Notes: a model not told the origin generated them from the sequence alone. A DNA stretch of 64,000 nt from Pachysolen tannophilus NRRL Y-2460 (GCA_001661245.1 KV454018.1:245944-309943); one strand, 5' to 3'; positions 10,554 to 22,491 are shown, counted from the first letter of the stretch. A program made the numbers and translations.

Positions 10554-13133
10554 ATGAAGATTGTAGATCTTGTGGATCCAAGATTGATAAGTTTGGCGTA
10601 TGGTTCATTCTCTGTATCGAGCATAGATACTCCAATTGATAATTTAATAAATATTGATTCAAAGATCAATAAAAATGATTTAGATCAAAATTTCTCAGAA
10701 TTAATAGAACTTTCTTTAAAAAATTTAGAATTGATTGATAAAGAAAATGAAATAGAATATTATACTTATGGTGTTGTGGTGTTAGCGGATTTATTTTATA
10801 TGAATAAACAATTTGAAAAATCATTGGATTATTTAAAACAAGTGACATTGTCAATACAACAATTATCATCTGCGGATCAAGTTTCATTTTTCCATTTTTA
10901 TTTATCGTTAAGATCAATTTACTTAAAACTTTCAATTGATAATATGGAACTTGAAAATTGTTTAGTGGAATTAAATAATATTCAATTACCTTCCAAATCA
11001 AACGTCATGGGAAGATATTATCTTGATTTAGTTATTGCTCAAATAAGTATATTATTAAAGGAAAAGACATTTGATCAACTTGAAAAAATTTTTATTAAGA
11101 ATTATAATTTGTTCATATCATTTATCACTTATCATTATTATAATTTTAAAAAATTTAATTCAAAAGAATTATCATCATATTGTAATAATTTAATAAAAAA
11201 ATTTAATGAAACAATTAAATTCCCATCAGCAAAGCAAAATAATTTTGAATATGAATTTTTCTTGGATAATCTTTTTGAAAAAATTGAATTATATCCAAAT
11301 ATTATTACAATTGGCTCTTTAAAACAAGTTTTAATCAACTCTTTTGGTAAAACATTTCAAAGTATTTCAATTTTGAAAAATTTTATAATATTGTTAATTA
11401 ATGAATCTGATACAAATAATGATAACATTGATAATGAACAAGAAATTATATCCAGTTTCCGTGTTTATCTTGAATATAATGACAAGTTTAAGCTTTTGAA
11501 TAAAAATCAGTATAGAGATTTGTTAGAGATCATATATACTTTTACTAGAATTTTGAAATATTTAACAAATTTTAAAAATCATGATAATGAAAGAATTGAA
11601 TTAATTAATAGTTATTCTTTTCAATTATATGATTTATTAAAAATTTTAAACAGAGATTTAAAATTTGATTATTATCTTGAGAATGATATAGATATTGATA
11701 ATGGTAACCATTTATCATGCTTGGATAATAAGATTTATGCCAATGAATTATTATCATACGAATTATCTAAGAGCTGGTATACATTAGCAATGTCATTCAA
11801 ATACCTTGCTGAATATGATTCGCCATTATTAGAAGATGTTCATAAATATTTAAAATATGCAATTGCAAATTTTCAAAATGCGATCAAATTAACTTTAAAA
11901 TTGAATAATGAAAATCATGTTTTTTTTTATGATTATGCAATTGTCTTGACGAAATTAAATAAATTAAAACCTTCATTAAAATTAATTAAATTATGTCTAA
12001 CAGTAGACAATTTAAATTTTAAATATTGGAATTTTTTAATATTACTATATTCTTCAATTGATAATGAAAATTTTAAAAATTTGGAAAAATTAATCAATAA
12101 TTCTGTATTATTGTTAAACCAAGAATTAGAAGATGAACAATTTTTATCAAATTTATCAATTATAGAGAAATATAATATTTTGCAATTGAAAATGACACAT
12201 CTTTCTTTAATTGAGTTGATGAACAAAGATCTTTATCCAACTTTAGAATATCTTCCAGAACTCTTTAAGTTGTATAATAGATTGTTTGGAAATGTTGTTG
12301 AATCTTCTCATTTGGTGATAAACAAAAACGACGACAATGGCACTATTTTCAGTTCAACGGTAACGTCATCCCAGCAGTATTCTCATAGACCTAGCATTGC
12401 AAATCCTTTAAAAAGCGATCATCATCAGCAGCAGCAGCGACAACTGCAATTGCAGAATGGAAAATCAGAAGAAAAATTAAACGGGTCAACAGGTTTAAAC
12501 AAATCTTCAAAATCAATTAGAAAAAGAATTTTTTCTTCAAGTAACACTTCCAAAAACTCCAATCTGCCTCATGCTAGAATTATCACCAATGGTAAATCAC
12601 ATCCACCCGAAAAAAAAGTTGAACGACTGATATTACAAGAACTATGGTTATTTGCTTCAACCTTATACTTGAAAGCTTCATATTTACAAGACTCGGAAAA
12701 TTGTATAATCGAAGCAGAAAACTGTTACGAGATTAATTCTAAGACACATTCAAAATTGGGACTATTAACTTTGATAACTAATAGGTTGAAGCTTTCATTT
12801 CAAGAGTTTGAAATATCAATAGATTTGGATGATAAAAATCTAGAAAGTATCTTAGGATTGGCAAAACTTTTTTTAGAAACTGAGAACAATGAAGAAATTT
12901 TCATAAATTTAAAAGATAGACAAGCTGCTGAAATTCGTATCAAATTTTTTTTGGAAAATATACTGAATGATTATAAATTTTTAAACTATGGTGAAATTTA
13001 TTATTTCTTATCGATAATATATGAGAAATACCAAGATTTCACACAGTTGAATAAATCTCTTTGGAAATGTATTGAATTGGAAGAAATCAGACCAGTTAGA
13101 GATTTTGGGTGTATTGAAAAATTCCCTTACTAA
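10554..13133 (+). CDS. YPP1: Ypp1-like TPR scaffold (PI4-kinase complex / cargo transport)
   Basis: Long helical ORF; C-terminal LQELWL...EAE...LWKCIELEEIRPVRDF typical of Ypp1/TTC7; first ATG at 10554. Confidence 0.8.
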   Translation: MKIVDLVDPRLISLAYGSFSVSSIDTPIDNLINIDSKINKNDLDQNFSELIELSLKNLELIDKENEIEYYTYGVVVLADLFYMNKQFEKSLDYLKQVTLSIQQLSSADQVSFFHFYLSLRSIYLKLSIDNMELENCLVELNNIQLPSKSNVMGRYYLDLVIAQISILLKEKTFDQLEKIFIKNYNLFISFITYHYYNFKKFNSKELSSYCNNLIKKFNETIKFPSAKQNNFEYEFFLDNLFEKIELYPNIITIGSLKQVLINSFGKTFQSISILKNFIILLINESDTNNDNIDNEQEIISSFRVYLEYNDKFKLLNKNQYRDLLEIIYTFTRILKYLTNFKNHDNERIELINSYSFQLYDLLKILNRDLKFDYYLENDIDIDNGNHLSCLDNKIYANELLSYELSKSWYTLAMSFKYLAEYDSPLLEDVHKYLKYAIANFQNAIKLTLKLNNENHVFFYDYAIVLTKLNKLKPSLKLIKLCLTVDNLNFKYWNFLILLYSSIDNENFKNLEKLINNSVLLLNQELEDEQFLSNLSIIEKYNILQLKMTHLSLIELMNKDLYPTLEYLPELFKLYNRLFGNVVESSHLVINKNDDNGTIFSSTVTSSQQYSHRPSIANPLKSDHHQQQQRQLQLQNGKSEEKLNGSTGLNKSSKSIRKRIFSSSNTSKNSNLPHARIITNGKSHPPEKKVERLILQELWLFASTLYLKASYLQDSENCIIEAENCYEINSKTHSKLGLLTLITNRLKLSFQEFEISIDLDDKNLESILGLAKLFLETENNEEIFINLKDRQAAEIRIKFFLENILNDYKFLNYGEIYYFLSIIYEKYQDFTQLNKSLWKCIELEEIRPVRDFGCIEKFPY

Positions 13134-13467
13134 CTTTTCTGTCCTTCTTCTTGTTCTCTTGGTTTGATATAGTATTAGAAAATTAATAGATAGATTTATG
13201 TACTGCAGTGAAAAAAAAAAAATTGAAAATTGAAAAAAAAAATGCGGCTCCAAATGTATGTGGAAATCGTTATCAGTAGTCGTATCTTAAATCTATCTAA
13301 TTTTTTTTTTTTTTTATAAAGTTCAAGTTTTTTCTAATTTTTGGTTTATATATAATAGCTTTCATTCAAAGATATTGATATTTAAAGCAAGTATTTATCA
13401 AATTTTTTTTTTTTGATTTTCAGTATTTGTTCAAATCAAATTATCAGCTACGTATTATTCCAAAAAA

Positions 13468-13803
13468 ATGAATCGTCACACTGAACAAACATCAGGAAAT
13501 TTAAGACAAAGATCGGCATATTCTGAACCAATCTCAACAACAAAAGATTTTGATCCAGATGTTTCACCAAACCAACTTTCAGAGGAAGAGATTAAGAAAG
13601 AAATGGAAACACCTTTAAGTTTCAAAGATGCGTTAGGACTCTTGTGCATTCTCGTACCTTTAGGGTTATTTGTGTGGTTCCAAGGTTATTTGTATTCTAA
13701 ACAATCAAGTGGAAAGGCCCCAGAACGCAACCTTTTCATGGACTTCTTGGGTTCTCTAGTAAATGACAACAATGAGAATAATGTTGAAAATACAAATAGT
13801 TGA
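13468..13803 (+). CDS. Hypothetical single-TM membrane protein, 111 aa
   Basis: AAAAAAATG context, N-terminal LRQR, one hydrophobic segment (ALGLLCILVPLGLFVWF). Confidence 0.65.
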   Translation: MNRHTEQTSGNLRQRSAYSEPISTTKDFDPDVSPNQLSEEEIKKEMETPLSFKDALGLLCILVPLGLFVWFQGYLYSKQSSGKAPERNLFMDFLGSLVNDNNENNVENTNS

Positions 13804-14204
13804 GCCAAGAGAGTACCGCTGCGGTTTATAGACGTATTTTTTAATTTTTTTTTGTCACTCACTTTATATAACGTTCTACTTGTTTCATTTCCGAGAGAAT
13901 AAAGAAAACTAACTTATTTTTTGAATAAACTGATTATCGATATGTATATGACATATCCAGCTTATTGAAGAAGTGATTCTATATAAAAGAGTACTAGGTA
14001 ACATTTAGACTCGTTGGTTTTTGTAGTTTACAATAATTAAGGTTTATTTGGGCTTCTGGGCTGCTGGACTGCTGGGTTTGAACTTGAGCGGTACTAAAGA
14101 AGAAACAGTCAGAAAACCACAGTAGTGCGCCGATAGCAAAATATTTTTCTTTAGGGAAAAAAGTGAAAAATGAAAAAAAAAAAAAAAAAAAAGAACGCCG
14201 ATAT

Positions 14205-14297
14205 TGACATGGACAGGAATTGAACCTGCAACCTTTCGATGACACTGCTAGAAGTTTTCAATTGGAGTCGAAAGCTCTACCATTGAGCCACCACATC
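14205..14297 (-). tRNA. tRNA-Trp(CCA) with 21-nt intron
   Basis: GATGTGGTGGCTCAATGGTAGAGCTTTCGACT-CCA-A[TTGAAAACTTCTAGCAGTGTC]ATCGAAAGGTTGCAGGTTCAATTCCTGTCCATGTCA; cloverleaf stems, A/B boxes, downstream T-run. Confidence 0.95.
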
Positions 14298-14741
14298 ATT
14301 CGGTAGGCAAGTCTCTAAATTTTTCATTTTTATTCTAATTACATAAATACTTAAAACATAAGGCTGTAATATAAATTCTTCAGTTGTATTATTTATTACT
14401 CAGAGAACTCAAGTAACTAGGATACAAGGACAAAAAGCAAAAAAAGAAAAATCAAACACTTATTAACTACTGTAAACTACTTTTAAGAGTCTTTGTAAAG
14501 AATCGGTATAAAGATTTTCATGGAATTAAAAAAAAGCAAGAAATTTACCTCACCTCATCCTATTGAATAATGATGATATGTTTTAAAACTTAAGTTTCTA
14601 CAATTCGGATTTATGAACAGATATATGAAATACGTATATAAACAACTTTATTTACAATAAGTGAAACCAGTGAATAAAAATAAAATGGAATAAAATAAAT
14701 TAAAATAAATTAAATTAAATTAAAATAAAATAAAATAACCC

Positions 14742-15077
14742 TTAGATTAATTCTCCCGAGCTACTAGCTTGTTGGATTCTAGTGATATAAGCTTTTGAAA
14801 TGACATTCCAAGCCCTCATGTATTTTTCCGAACATTGGTTGACACATAAATCATCGACTGATGTCAAGGAAGCTGCTGGCTGTTGGATACATTTAGCAAA
14901 ACAATTTTCCGTCAATTTATTAACCAATTCAGTAGCATTAACAACTGCCAATTCTTGAGTAATTTGATTTTGTAATTTCTCCTTCAACTGCTGCGAACTC
15001 AGAGAGGAAGTTGATGTTGACAAAGGCGCAGATGGAGCAGACGCTGATGAGCCGCCAAAAAGAGATCCTAAAGCCAT
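14742..15077 (-). CDS. TIM13: Mitochondrial intermembrane-space small Tim chaperone Tim13
   Basis: ELAVVNATELVNKLTENCFAKC...CVNQCSEKYMRAWNVIS twin CX3C motif. Confidence 0.95.
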   Translation of the reverse strand: MALGSLFGGSSASAPSAPLSTSTSSLSSQQLKEKLQNQITQELAVVNATELVNKLTENCFAKCIQQPAASLTSVDDLCVNQCSEKYMRAWNVISKAYITRIQQASSSGELI

Positions 15078-15455
15078 TTTTTCTATTTGATACTTGTAGT
15101 CTTATAAAACTATTCAACTTGGTACCATATTATAAATATATATGTCCTCAAAATTTTTTTAATTTTGTCCATTTTTCCATTTTCTACTTGATGGGAAGAG
15201 CGTTGAGTATATGCACACGACCATTTGATGACAAAGTTTTTTTACACAAAAAGATGCATAATGCATACGAGTATATAGCTAACCGGAATCGATTAGATGA
15301 TTCAAAATAGTTGAAGAAGTGGTAGTGGTGGTGGTGGTATCTTGAGTTAGTTGAGTTTTACTATATTGTTTGTTTGGATGGAAAAAAGCAATAAGCAATT
15401 TTTTTTTTTTTTTTTTTCTTTTTAGAGCTGGAATTGTCTGTTTTGTTTTTAAAAA

Positions 15456-18050
15456 ATGGAGTCTAGGAATGTATCATTGTCAAGCCATGAAGCTCATATT
15501 TTTGATTTTTTAAATACTTCTCAGTCAGGCTCTGCTCATAAATCGTCAGGTATTTCTCTTCGGACATTTTTATCTTCACTAATTTTTTCCATATTGTGGT
15601 TTTTTGCAGAGATTGGGTTGTTTTCTTATCTTAGACCCAAGTTACAAGAGATTTATCAGCCAAAATGTAAGACGATAGTTACTGAAAGTAAAAAAATTGA
15701 GAGTTTACAAGATGATTTTTTTGCATGGGTAAAACCCACTATTAATGAATTTTCAATAGAAGATTACTTATCATATGGTCTAGATGCTTATTTGTTTTTA
15801 AGGTACTTGATGGTATTATTAACAATGTTTATTTGTTCTGCAGTATTAAATATTGTAATATTGTTACCGATTAATTATACTGGTAATGTTGAAAATTCCA
15901 ACGTACATGGTTTAGATACTCTTTCAATGTCAAATATTTCTCCCGAGAAAAATGAAAGATATGTGGCTCATTTTATAATGTCATTGCTAACCATTATTTG
16001 GTTTCATTATCTTTTGCTATATGAATTGAATTATTATTATTCTACAAAGGGGAAATTTATTTCAAGAATTAATACCTTGTCAACAGTGTTAATAAATAAT
16101 GTCCCGAAAAATCTTCAAAATAAAAATATTATTGAAGGTATATTTAATAGATTACCAGGAGATATAGAACATATTTGGTTTATCTATGATGCTCAAAAAT
16201 TGAACAAGTTAAGCGATCTTACAACAAATTTTATCAATGAATTGGAATGGGCCGAATGCAGACTTATTGCAGAAAGACTAAATAGTATAAGATTGAGTAA
16301 TTATAATAGAAATACTAAAAAAAAAGAAATTGTCAATCCAAATAATGATCATATTATTCCTTTGAACTACAGACTTTATCAATATAATGAGGTAACACCT
16401 ACTTTAAATTTACCAATTAAAATTTGGAAATCTGAGATTGTTATACCTGGTTTAAGTAAAAGGGTAGATGCAATAGAGTATTCTAGCACCCAACTATTGA
16501 AAAATCTAATGATAATTGAAGATTTAAAAGATAAGTTATTAACGGATACGAAACAACGTACAGACAAGATATTAATTGAGTTTAGTGATGCAGTTAGTGC
16601 CCATATAACAAATCAAATCCTACTTTCGGAAAATAGATCTGAAATGAATTGTACTATTAGTGATGTAAATATTAAAGACATAATCTGGGCTAATGTCACA
16701 AATGATTCAACGTGGATGTCCTTGATAAGAAAAATCAGTGCTAGAACTTTGACAATAATTGTTATAATTGGATGGGTTGTTCCTGTTGCTGCTGTCGGTT
16801 TGGTATCACAACTACCGTATTTGACTGTTTTGTTCCCAGTTTTACAATGGCTAAATGATTTACCAGATTATGCAAAAGGTTTAATCTCAGGTATTTTACC
16901 TACTTTAGCATTGACACTTTTAACGGAAATTGTGTTGATAATTTTTAGGTTTTTATCCTGGTGGAAGGGTAAATTTACAGGCGCAGAATTGGAATTAAAT
17001 TTACAAATATGGTTATTTATTTTCTTGTTCATCCATCTATTTCTAGTGGTGACTATTTCTTCAGGGTTCACCGTTATTTTCCAAAATCTAATAAATAATC
17101 CAGTTTCAATCCCAACTTTATTAGCCACTAATTTACCAAAAGCTTCAAATTTTTTCTTTTCTTATTTTGTTGTTAGAGGTTTGGCTTATTCTGGGAACAT
17201 GCTTTTACAAATCAATATGTTATATTGGAAATATATTTATTACCCATTGGTTGATAAGACACCAAGACAAAAATATCAAAGACAAATAGAGTTACCAAAA
17301 CTTCAGTGGGGGTCGATTTATCCGTATTTCTCAGTATTGGGATGCATAAGCATAGTTTATTCAATTATTTCACCTTTGATTTTGATTATTTGTACCATAA
17401 CTTTTTTCTTAGTATTGAGCAGTTATAAATACTGTCTTAGATACATCTATGACAGTAATAATGAAAGAGAAACTTATGGTAAATTTTACCCAATAGCACT
17501 TTTGCAATTATATGCCGGCGTATATTGTTTAGAATTGTCGCTAATAGGATTATTTATGTTGCAAAATTGTGTTAGATTAGCATTGCTTATGAGTATAGTG
17601 TTAGTCTTCACAATTTATGCTAATATAAAGATTAAAAAAAAATATAGCCACTCATTGCCCTTTGTAACAGCCAAAGATATTGAGAACTTGACAACATTTC
17701 CCAAAAATTATGAACGCACTAATGAAAAATGTAGTGCTAACGAAAATAATGTTGAATTGCAAGATTTAGAAACTAATAATGGGCTTTCTAATCAACAACG
17801 ACAACAACAACAAATTCTTACAGAAGATTCAAAAGTAAAAAATAAAGGAAGCTGCAAAGAGGACATTTTATACTCTAGCTCAGATTTAATCAAACCAGTG
17901 ATATGGATTCCTAGAGATAATTATGGGATTAGCGACAAAGAGATTCTGAGGCTAAGACTGAAAGGGTTGGAAGTTACTAATCAAGGTTGCAGTATAACAG
18001 ATAAGGGAACAATGAAACTAACACAGTTTCCCTTTGAGCCAATGCACTGA
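15456..18050 (+). CDS. SPO75: OSCA/TMEM63 (Csc1/Rsn1 family) multi-TM protein, Spo75-like
   Basis: GLDAYLFLRYL, LATNLPKASNFF, YSIISPLIL, IWIPRD motifs; near MMM1 as in S. cerevisiae YLL005C/YLL006W. Confidence 0.75.
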   Translation: MESRNVSLSSHEAHIFDFLNTSQSGSAHKSSGISLRTFLSSLIFSILWFFAEIGLFSYLRPKLQEIYQPKCKTIVTESKKIESLQDDFFAWVKPTINEFSIEDYLSYGLDAYLFLRYLMVLLTMFICSAVLNIVILLPINYTGNVENSNVHGLDTLSMSNISPEKNERYVAHFIMSLLTIIWFHYLLLYELNYYYSTKGKFISRINTLSTVLINNVPKNLQNKNIIEGIFNRLPGDIEHIWFIYDAQKLNKLSDLTTNFINELEWAECRLIAERLNSIRLSNYNRNTKKKEIVNPNNDHIIPLNYRLYQYNEVTPTLNLPIKIWKSEIVIPGLSKRVDAIEYSSTQLLKNLMIIEDLKDKLLTDTKQRTDKILIEFSDAVSAHITNQILLSENRSEMNCTISDVNIKDIIWANVTNDSTWMSLIRKISARTLTIIVIIGWVVPVAAVGLVSQLPYLTVLFPVLQWLNDLPDYAKGLISGILPTLALTLLTEIVLIIFRFLSWWKGKFTGAELELNLQIWLFIFLFIHLFLVVTISSGFTVIFQNLINNPVSIPTLLATNLPKASNFFFSYFVVRGLAYSGNMLLQINMLYWKYIYYPLVDKTPRQKYQRQIELPKLQWGSIYPYFSVLGCISIVYSIISPLILIICTITFFLVLSSYKYCLRYIYDSNNERETYGKFYPIALLQLYAGVYCLELSLIGLFMLQNCVRLALLMSIVLVFTIYANIKIKKKYSHSLPFVTAKDIENLTTFPKNYERTNEKCSANENNVELQDLETNNGLSNQQRQQQQILTEDSKVKNKGSCKEDILYSSSDLIKPVIWIPRDNYGISDKEILRLRLKGLEVTNQGCSITDKGTMKLTQFPFEPMH

Positions 18051-18408
18051 ATGCTCTAGCTTTACTAGTTTGTGTTGATTATAGAATCAGTAATAAAAAG
18101 AATGTATATATATATATGAATTGATCCAAAAACCTATTTTGTAATGAATGAGCCGCAGCTCAAACTTATGCATGCAAGTTACTTTTAAAAGATCTCTCTG
18201 CAAACACAAACACAATGTTCATGAATACAAGTTTGGTACTTAACATCTTCAGACAACAATTGTAAGCTGAATTGTTTTTTGTTATTGATTTATTTAACCT
18301 TACTAAATGATAATTTAGTTTTGGCTATTTTTCTTAACTGTTGCTAGCTTTTCCGTTTTATTTACTTATTTTTTTTTTTTTTTTATCTTTTTATTGAATA
18401 AGAAAGGC

Positions 18409-19584
18409 ATGCATCTCAAGATAATACTTTTGTTTTTCTTAGCTTTTCTAATTTTCGGGGAAGATTGCGATGATGGAGGCGATGAAGGTGAGGAAGAAGT
18501 TGAAGAAGCTCAAGACATGCCATGTAATCCTTTAAGATCCTCTGAATGCTCCCCAGTTCCGGCGTTAGCGAGTTCCTTTATAGAAGATTTCAAGAAAGAG
18601 CCTTCGCTTTTCAGTCTGTCTTCTACTCCAAGTGGAGTATCATTTAGTGAAGAAGGTTTAAAGTTAACAATAAATGAGAGGTACGATAATCCAGGTTTGA
18701 AGTCAAATTTTTATATCATGTTTGGTAAAGTTGAAGTTGTATTAAAAGCAGCACCTGGAAGAGGAGTCATTTCTTCTTTTTATTTACAATCTGATAGTTT
18801 AGATGAGATTGATTGGGAATGGTTTGGTGGTGATCCATATGAAGCACAGACAAATTTTTTCTCAAAGGGAAACACAACAACTTATGATCGTGGTGGTTAT
18901 CATTCTGTTTCTGAACCTCAACATCTATTTCATCGTTATACAATTGATTGGACGGAATCAAGTTTAACATGGTATATTGATGGAATACCAATTAGAACTT
19001 TATTGAATACTTCATCAGAAGGTTATCCTCAAACACCAATGGCCATTTTTCTGAGTCTTTGGTCAGGTGGTGATGAAGAGAATTCCCCAGGTACGATTGA
19101 CTGGGCTGGTGGAATAACTGACTATAATAACCTGCCATTTTCAATGATGATTTCCAAAGTAATTGTTATCGATTATTCTAGCGGTACAGAATATCATTAC
19201 TCTGATAATAGCGGCAGTTGGTCTTCAATCGAAGCAACAGGTGGTAAAATAAACGACAGAGTGGTTGAAGCTAATAGGGAATTTGCATCTTTAGTTGGAT
19301 GTTTACCAGACGAGAATGATGTTACACCACCACAATTTATAAATCACCCTGAAGACGGTGCTGAAAATAGAAAAGAATATTCTGGACCTAGAGTAAGTGA
19401 CAATTTTGTTAATCGAAACACACAGGAATGGCCGTTTCAAACGGTCATAGACAATTCAAAATCAAGTTCAAATTTAACTAATTCTAAGAATTTTACTACA
19501 GAACAAAGTGGAGCTGCTAAATCATTCTCCAATAGTTACTTATTTGCATTAACTTTAATGAGTTTTATTGCCATTATAAATTGA
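18409..19584 (+). CDS. CRH1: GH16 chitin transglycosylase, Crh family, probably GPI-anchored
   Basis: Signal peptide from ATG 18409, CNPL, catalytic DEIDWE, TTYDRGGYH, GTIDWAGG, hydrophobic C-terminus. Family is certain, exact paralog less so. Confidence 0.8.
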   Translation: MHLKIILLFFLAFLIFGEDCDDGGDEGEEEVEEAQDMPCNPLRSSECSPVPALASSFIEDFKKEPSLFSLSSTPSGVSFSEEGLKLTINERYDNPGLKSNFYIMFGKVEVVLKAAPGRGVISSFYLQSDSLDEIDWEWFGGDPYEAQTNFFSKGNTTTYDRGGYHSVSEPQHLFHRYTIDWTESSLTWYIDGIPIRTLLNTSSEGYPQTPMAIFLSLWSGGDEENSPGTIDWAGGITDYNNLPFSMMISKVIVIDYSSGTEYHYSDNSGSWSSIEATGGKINDRVVEANREFASLVGCLPDENDVTPPQFINHPEDGAENRKEYSGPRVSDNFVNRNTQEWPFQTVIDNSKSSSNLTNSKNFTTEQSGAAKSFSNSYLFALTLMSFIAIIN

Positions 19585-19899
19585 CAATGCTTTTTTATTT
19601 TATTTTAATTTTTTTTCTTTTTAATTTTATTTTTTTTATTAATTTAGATATACTCAGCACTTGGAAGATCAAGATAATACATAAACAATTCAATTGGAAA
19701 TCCAATCACTTTGTATTTGTAGTTGAATCGTATTAAATTTTATTATTTGAAGTTTATCTCTTTTTGCTTACTTTTTGTATATGTATAAAAAAAAAAATGA
19801 AAAATTGCAAAAATGAAAACAATCCGTTTTTTAACCAGATTGTGATACTATTAAATTAATTGGAAATTTACATAACAGCTAGATCTGATTGGTTTAATC

Positions 19900-21153
19900 A
19901 TGGTTATTTCTGAAAAGCATGGGGCTTCTAGGGACCAGGGTAATGATCAACTGGCTACTTCTGTGGATTCGTTTGTACACCAACCGGATAATAATATCGT
20001 TTCAGATGGTACTTTGTTGACTCTGCAGCAATTAGAACAATTACAGAATCAATATTTACAACAGTTGATACCTCAAATAAGTAAGCAACAACCTCTGGCT
20101 AATTGGAGTTTTACTCAAGGTTTATTATTGGGACAGTTTAGTGTAATTTTCATAATAGCTATTTTCATTAAATTTTTTGTATTTAGTGAAGGTACAAGTA
20201 CAAGATTAACCACTTCTAATATTCCTCCAATCATCAACAAGAAATCAAAGACAAAGACTTTTATAACAAGTAATGAGTTAGATGCAAATTTAGCAGCTAT
20301 AGATGGTAATAGGGATTCTGAATTTGATAGTTTAACATCTTCAATTTTAGAAAAAACTTATTATAATGTTGAAACTCATCAACCAGAATCTTTGGATTGG
20401 TTTAACGTTTTAATAGCCCAAACTATTTCACAGTTTAGAGAGGAAGCTTTGAATAATGATAATATTTATCATTCTTTAACAGAATCTTTATCAAAAGCTC
20501 CATTACCTGATTATTTAGACAAGATAAGAGTTACTGAAATTGATATTGGTAATGATTTCCCAATTTTCAGTAATTGTCGTATAAAGCGTTCACCGGATCA
20601 TGGCGGTAGATTAGAGGCTAAGATTGATGTTGATTTATCGGATACTTTAACATTAGGAATTGAAACTAAATTATTATTAAATCATCCTAAGCCATTGACA
20701 GCAGTCTTACCTGTTTCACTTTCGGTTTCTATTGTTAGATTTTCAGGGTGTCTTTCAGTTTCATTAATATCAACTTCTGATGAAGTGCTAGAAGATACAA
20801 CACTTGCAAATATTCCATCTTCAAGCACATCTACACTAGATGAAGGCGAAAAGGGGAAATTATCGAATGGAACGGCATTAATGTTTTCATTTGCTTCAGA
20901 TTACAGATTAGAATTTGAAGTTAGATCTTTGATAGGTGCTAGATCAAAATTACAAGATGTTCCCAAAATTGGGAATCTAGTTGAATCAAAATTGAGAGAA
21001 TGGTTTGTAGAGAGATGTATCGAACCTAGATTTCAATTGATAAAATTACCTAGTATATGGCCAAGAAAGAAGAATACCAGAGAACCTTTAAATAATCCAT
21101 CTTCTAATGTTGATGATAATACTAGCACTTTGAATGCTGAAGAAGATTCATAA
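19900..21153 (+). CDS. MMM1: ERMES subunit Mmm1 (SMP domain)
   Basis: WSFTQGLLLGQ, ESLDWFNVLIAQ, DIGNDFPIFSNC, SLIGARSKLQDVPK, LPSIWPR. Confidence 0.97.
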   Translation: MVISEKHGASRDQGNDQLATSVDSFVHQPDNNIVSDGTLLTLQQLEQLQNQYLQQLIPQISKQQPLANWSFTQGLLLGQFSVIFIIAIFIKFFVFSEGTSTRLTTSNIPPIINKKSKTKTFITSNELDANLAAIDGNRDSEFDSLTSSILEKTYYNVETHQPESLDWFNVLIAQTISQFREEALNNDNIYHSLTESLSKAPLPDYLDKIRVTEIDIGNDFPIFSNCRIKRSPDHGGRLEAKIDVDLSDTLTLGIETKLLLNHPKPLTAVLPVSLSVSIVRFSGCLSVSLISTSDEVLEDTTLANIPSSSTSTLDEGEKGKLSNGTALMFSFASDYRLEFEVRSLIGARSKLQDVPKIGNLVESKLREWFVERCIEPRFQLIKLPSIWPRKKNTREPLNNPSSNVDDNTSTLNAEEDS

Positions 21154-21252
21154 AAAATCAATTTTTATTATAGACATTTATATAAAACTGTATGTAGATA
21201 TTTTAATGACATGTGTTTTTGTGATTTTGGTTTATTTTTTTTTTTTTTTATA

Positions 21253-22155
21253 TCAAAAAGGATCTTCATAAGGATCTTCTTCATCGTAATCATCATCTTT
21301 TTCAAATTCATAAACTATAGCTCCACCAGAACCAAACTTTTGGGCCTCCAAAAAGGGAAGATCTACTTGTTCTCTGGCCAATCTTTGCTTTGAAGATGTT
21401 GTTAAATTGAAAGTTGTTAAATGTTTTAAAAGTTCTTGTTCGTTATTAGACTCTTCATTACCATGATCTTCATTGTGGAAAATTTCATAAGTATGCAATG
21501 TTGAATCAATTTTAAAATTATATATTAATGATCTTCCTGATTTCCTTCTATTTGTCAATATTAGCTTGAATTTTTTATTATTACACCTATTCATTGGGAA
21601 TTGTAGCAATGAAATAGAATTTTCTAAAAATTCATCATCATTTTCATTTTTAACTATTGGAAATAATTCAAATATTGAAGATGCTAAAAATTGTAACAAC
21701 TGAAGTGGTTGTGGATAACTTAAATTTCTCTTATCTAAAGCTACAGGTATATTACTATGATAAGTTGCAAAAATTGTAACTAAAGGATCAACTAACGATG
21801 ATATAAAATTGGCCAAATTTTCTGAACTTATATAGTTTAATGAATCAATTATTAAAACCAATTTTTTTTCATTTTTATCTTTTAAAGTTAAATAACATCC
21901 TTGAACAGTTTTTACAATATCCGAAACTTTCAAATCTTGACAATTTATAAACTCTGAAGCATACTTTGGTTTTATCAAGGTCTCAAAAGACAAATAAATC
22001 ACTTTAGTTTCTCTTGGTAATTTGTATACAAATTCTTGTTGAAAATTATATGATGACTGTAACAACGAATCTACACATAATAAAAAAGGAGCATTTTCCT
22101 TTAATAATAAAAGCCTTGTTAATAGCACCAATGAGTTCTGCAAAGTTGAAGCCAT
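21253..22155 (-). CDS. IKI1: Elongator subunit Elp5/Iki1
   Basis: LIIDSLNYI, RRKSGR, TTFNLTTSSKQRLAREQVDLPF, GGAIVYEFEKDDDYDEEDPYEDPF; ATG at 22155. Confidence 0.95.
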   Translation of the reverse strand: MASTLQNSLVLLTRLLLLKENAPFLLCVDSLLQSSYNFQQEFVYKLPRETKVIYLSFETLIKPKYASEFINCQDLKVSDIVKTVQGCYLTLKDKNEKKLVLIIDSLNYISSENLANFISSLVDPLVTIFATYHSNIPVALDKRNLSYPQPLQLLQFLASSIFELFPIVKNENDDEFLENSISLLQFPMNRCNNKKFKLILTNRRKSGRSLIYNFKIDSTLHTYEIFHNEDHGNEESNNEQELLKHLTTFNLTTSSKQRLAREQVDLPFLEAQKFGSGGAIVYEFEKDDDYDEEDPYEDPF

Positions 22156-22491
22156 AACCAATCTGAATCTTATAGAGACACTAATACCAAGTTAAAAAGA
22201 ACAATCAATCAACCATCTCATTTAACTCATTTAAAAAATTTTTTTTTATTTTTTTTCTATTTTTCAAGTACAAATGAAAAATCGCTTCAAATTATAACGA
22301 AAATACTTTTAAAAGTTTTAAGTCATTTATTATTAATGACAATCTATAAATATAAATATATAAATAAATATATATAGCAAAGGAAGAAATTATTCGTATT
22401 AATGAAAATTCAAGAGACTAAATTAAAATACAAAATGTTTTTAAAAAAAAAAAAAAANAAAAAAAAAATAAGAAAAACAAACAGTTAATTT

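Noticed and set aside
13994..14245. 83-aa minus-strand ORF
   Set aside because: Overlaps the tRNA-Trp gene and its T-run terminator.
15048..18215. Meiotic URS1/MSE-like motifs near SPO75 and CRH1 (AGCCGCC, CACAAA)
   Set aside because: The URS1-like match lies inside TIM13 codons and the MSE-like matches miss the full consensus; expected by chance.
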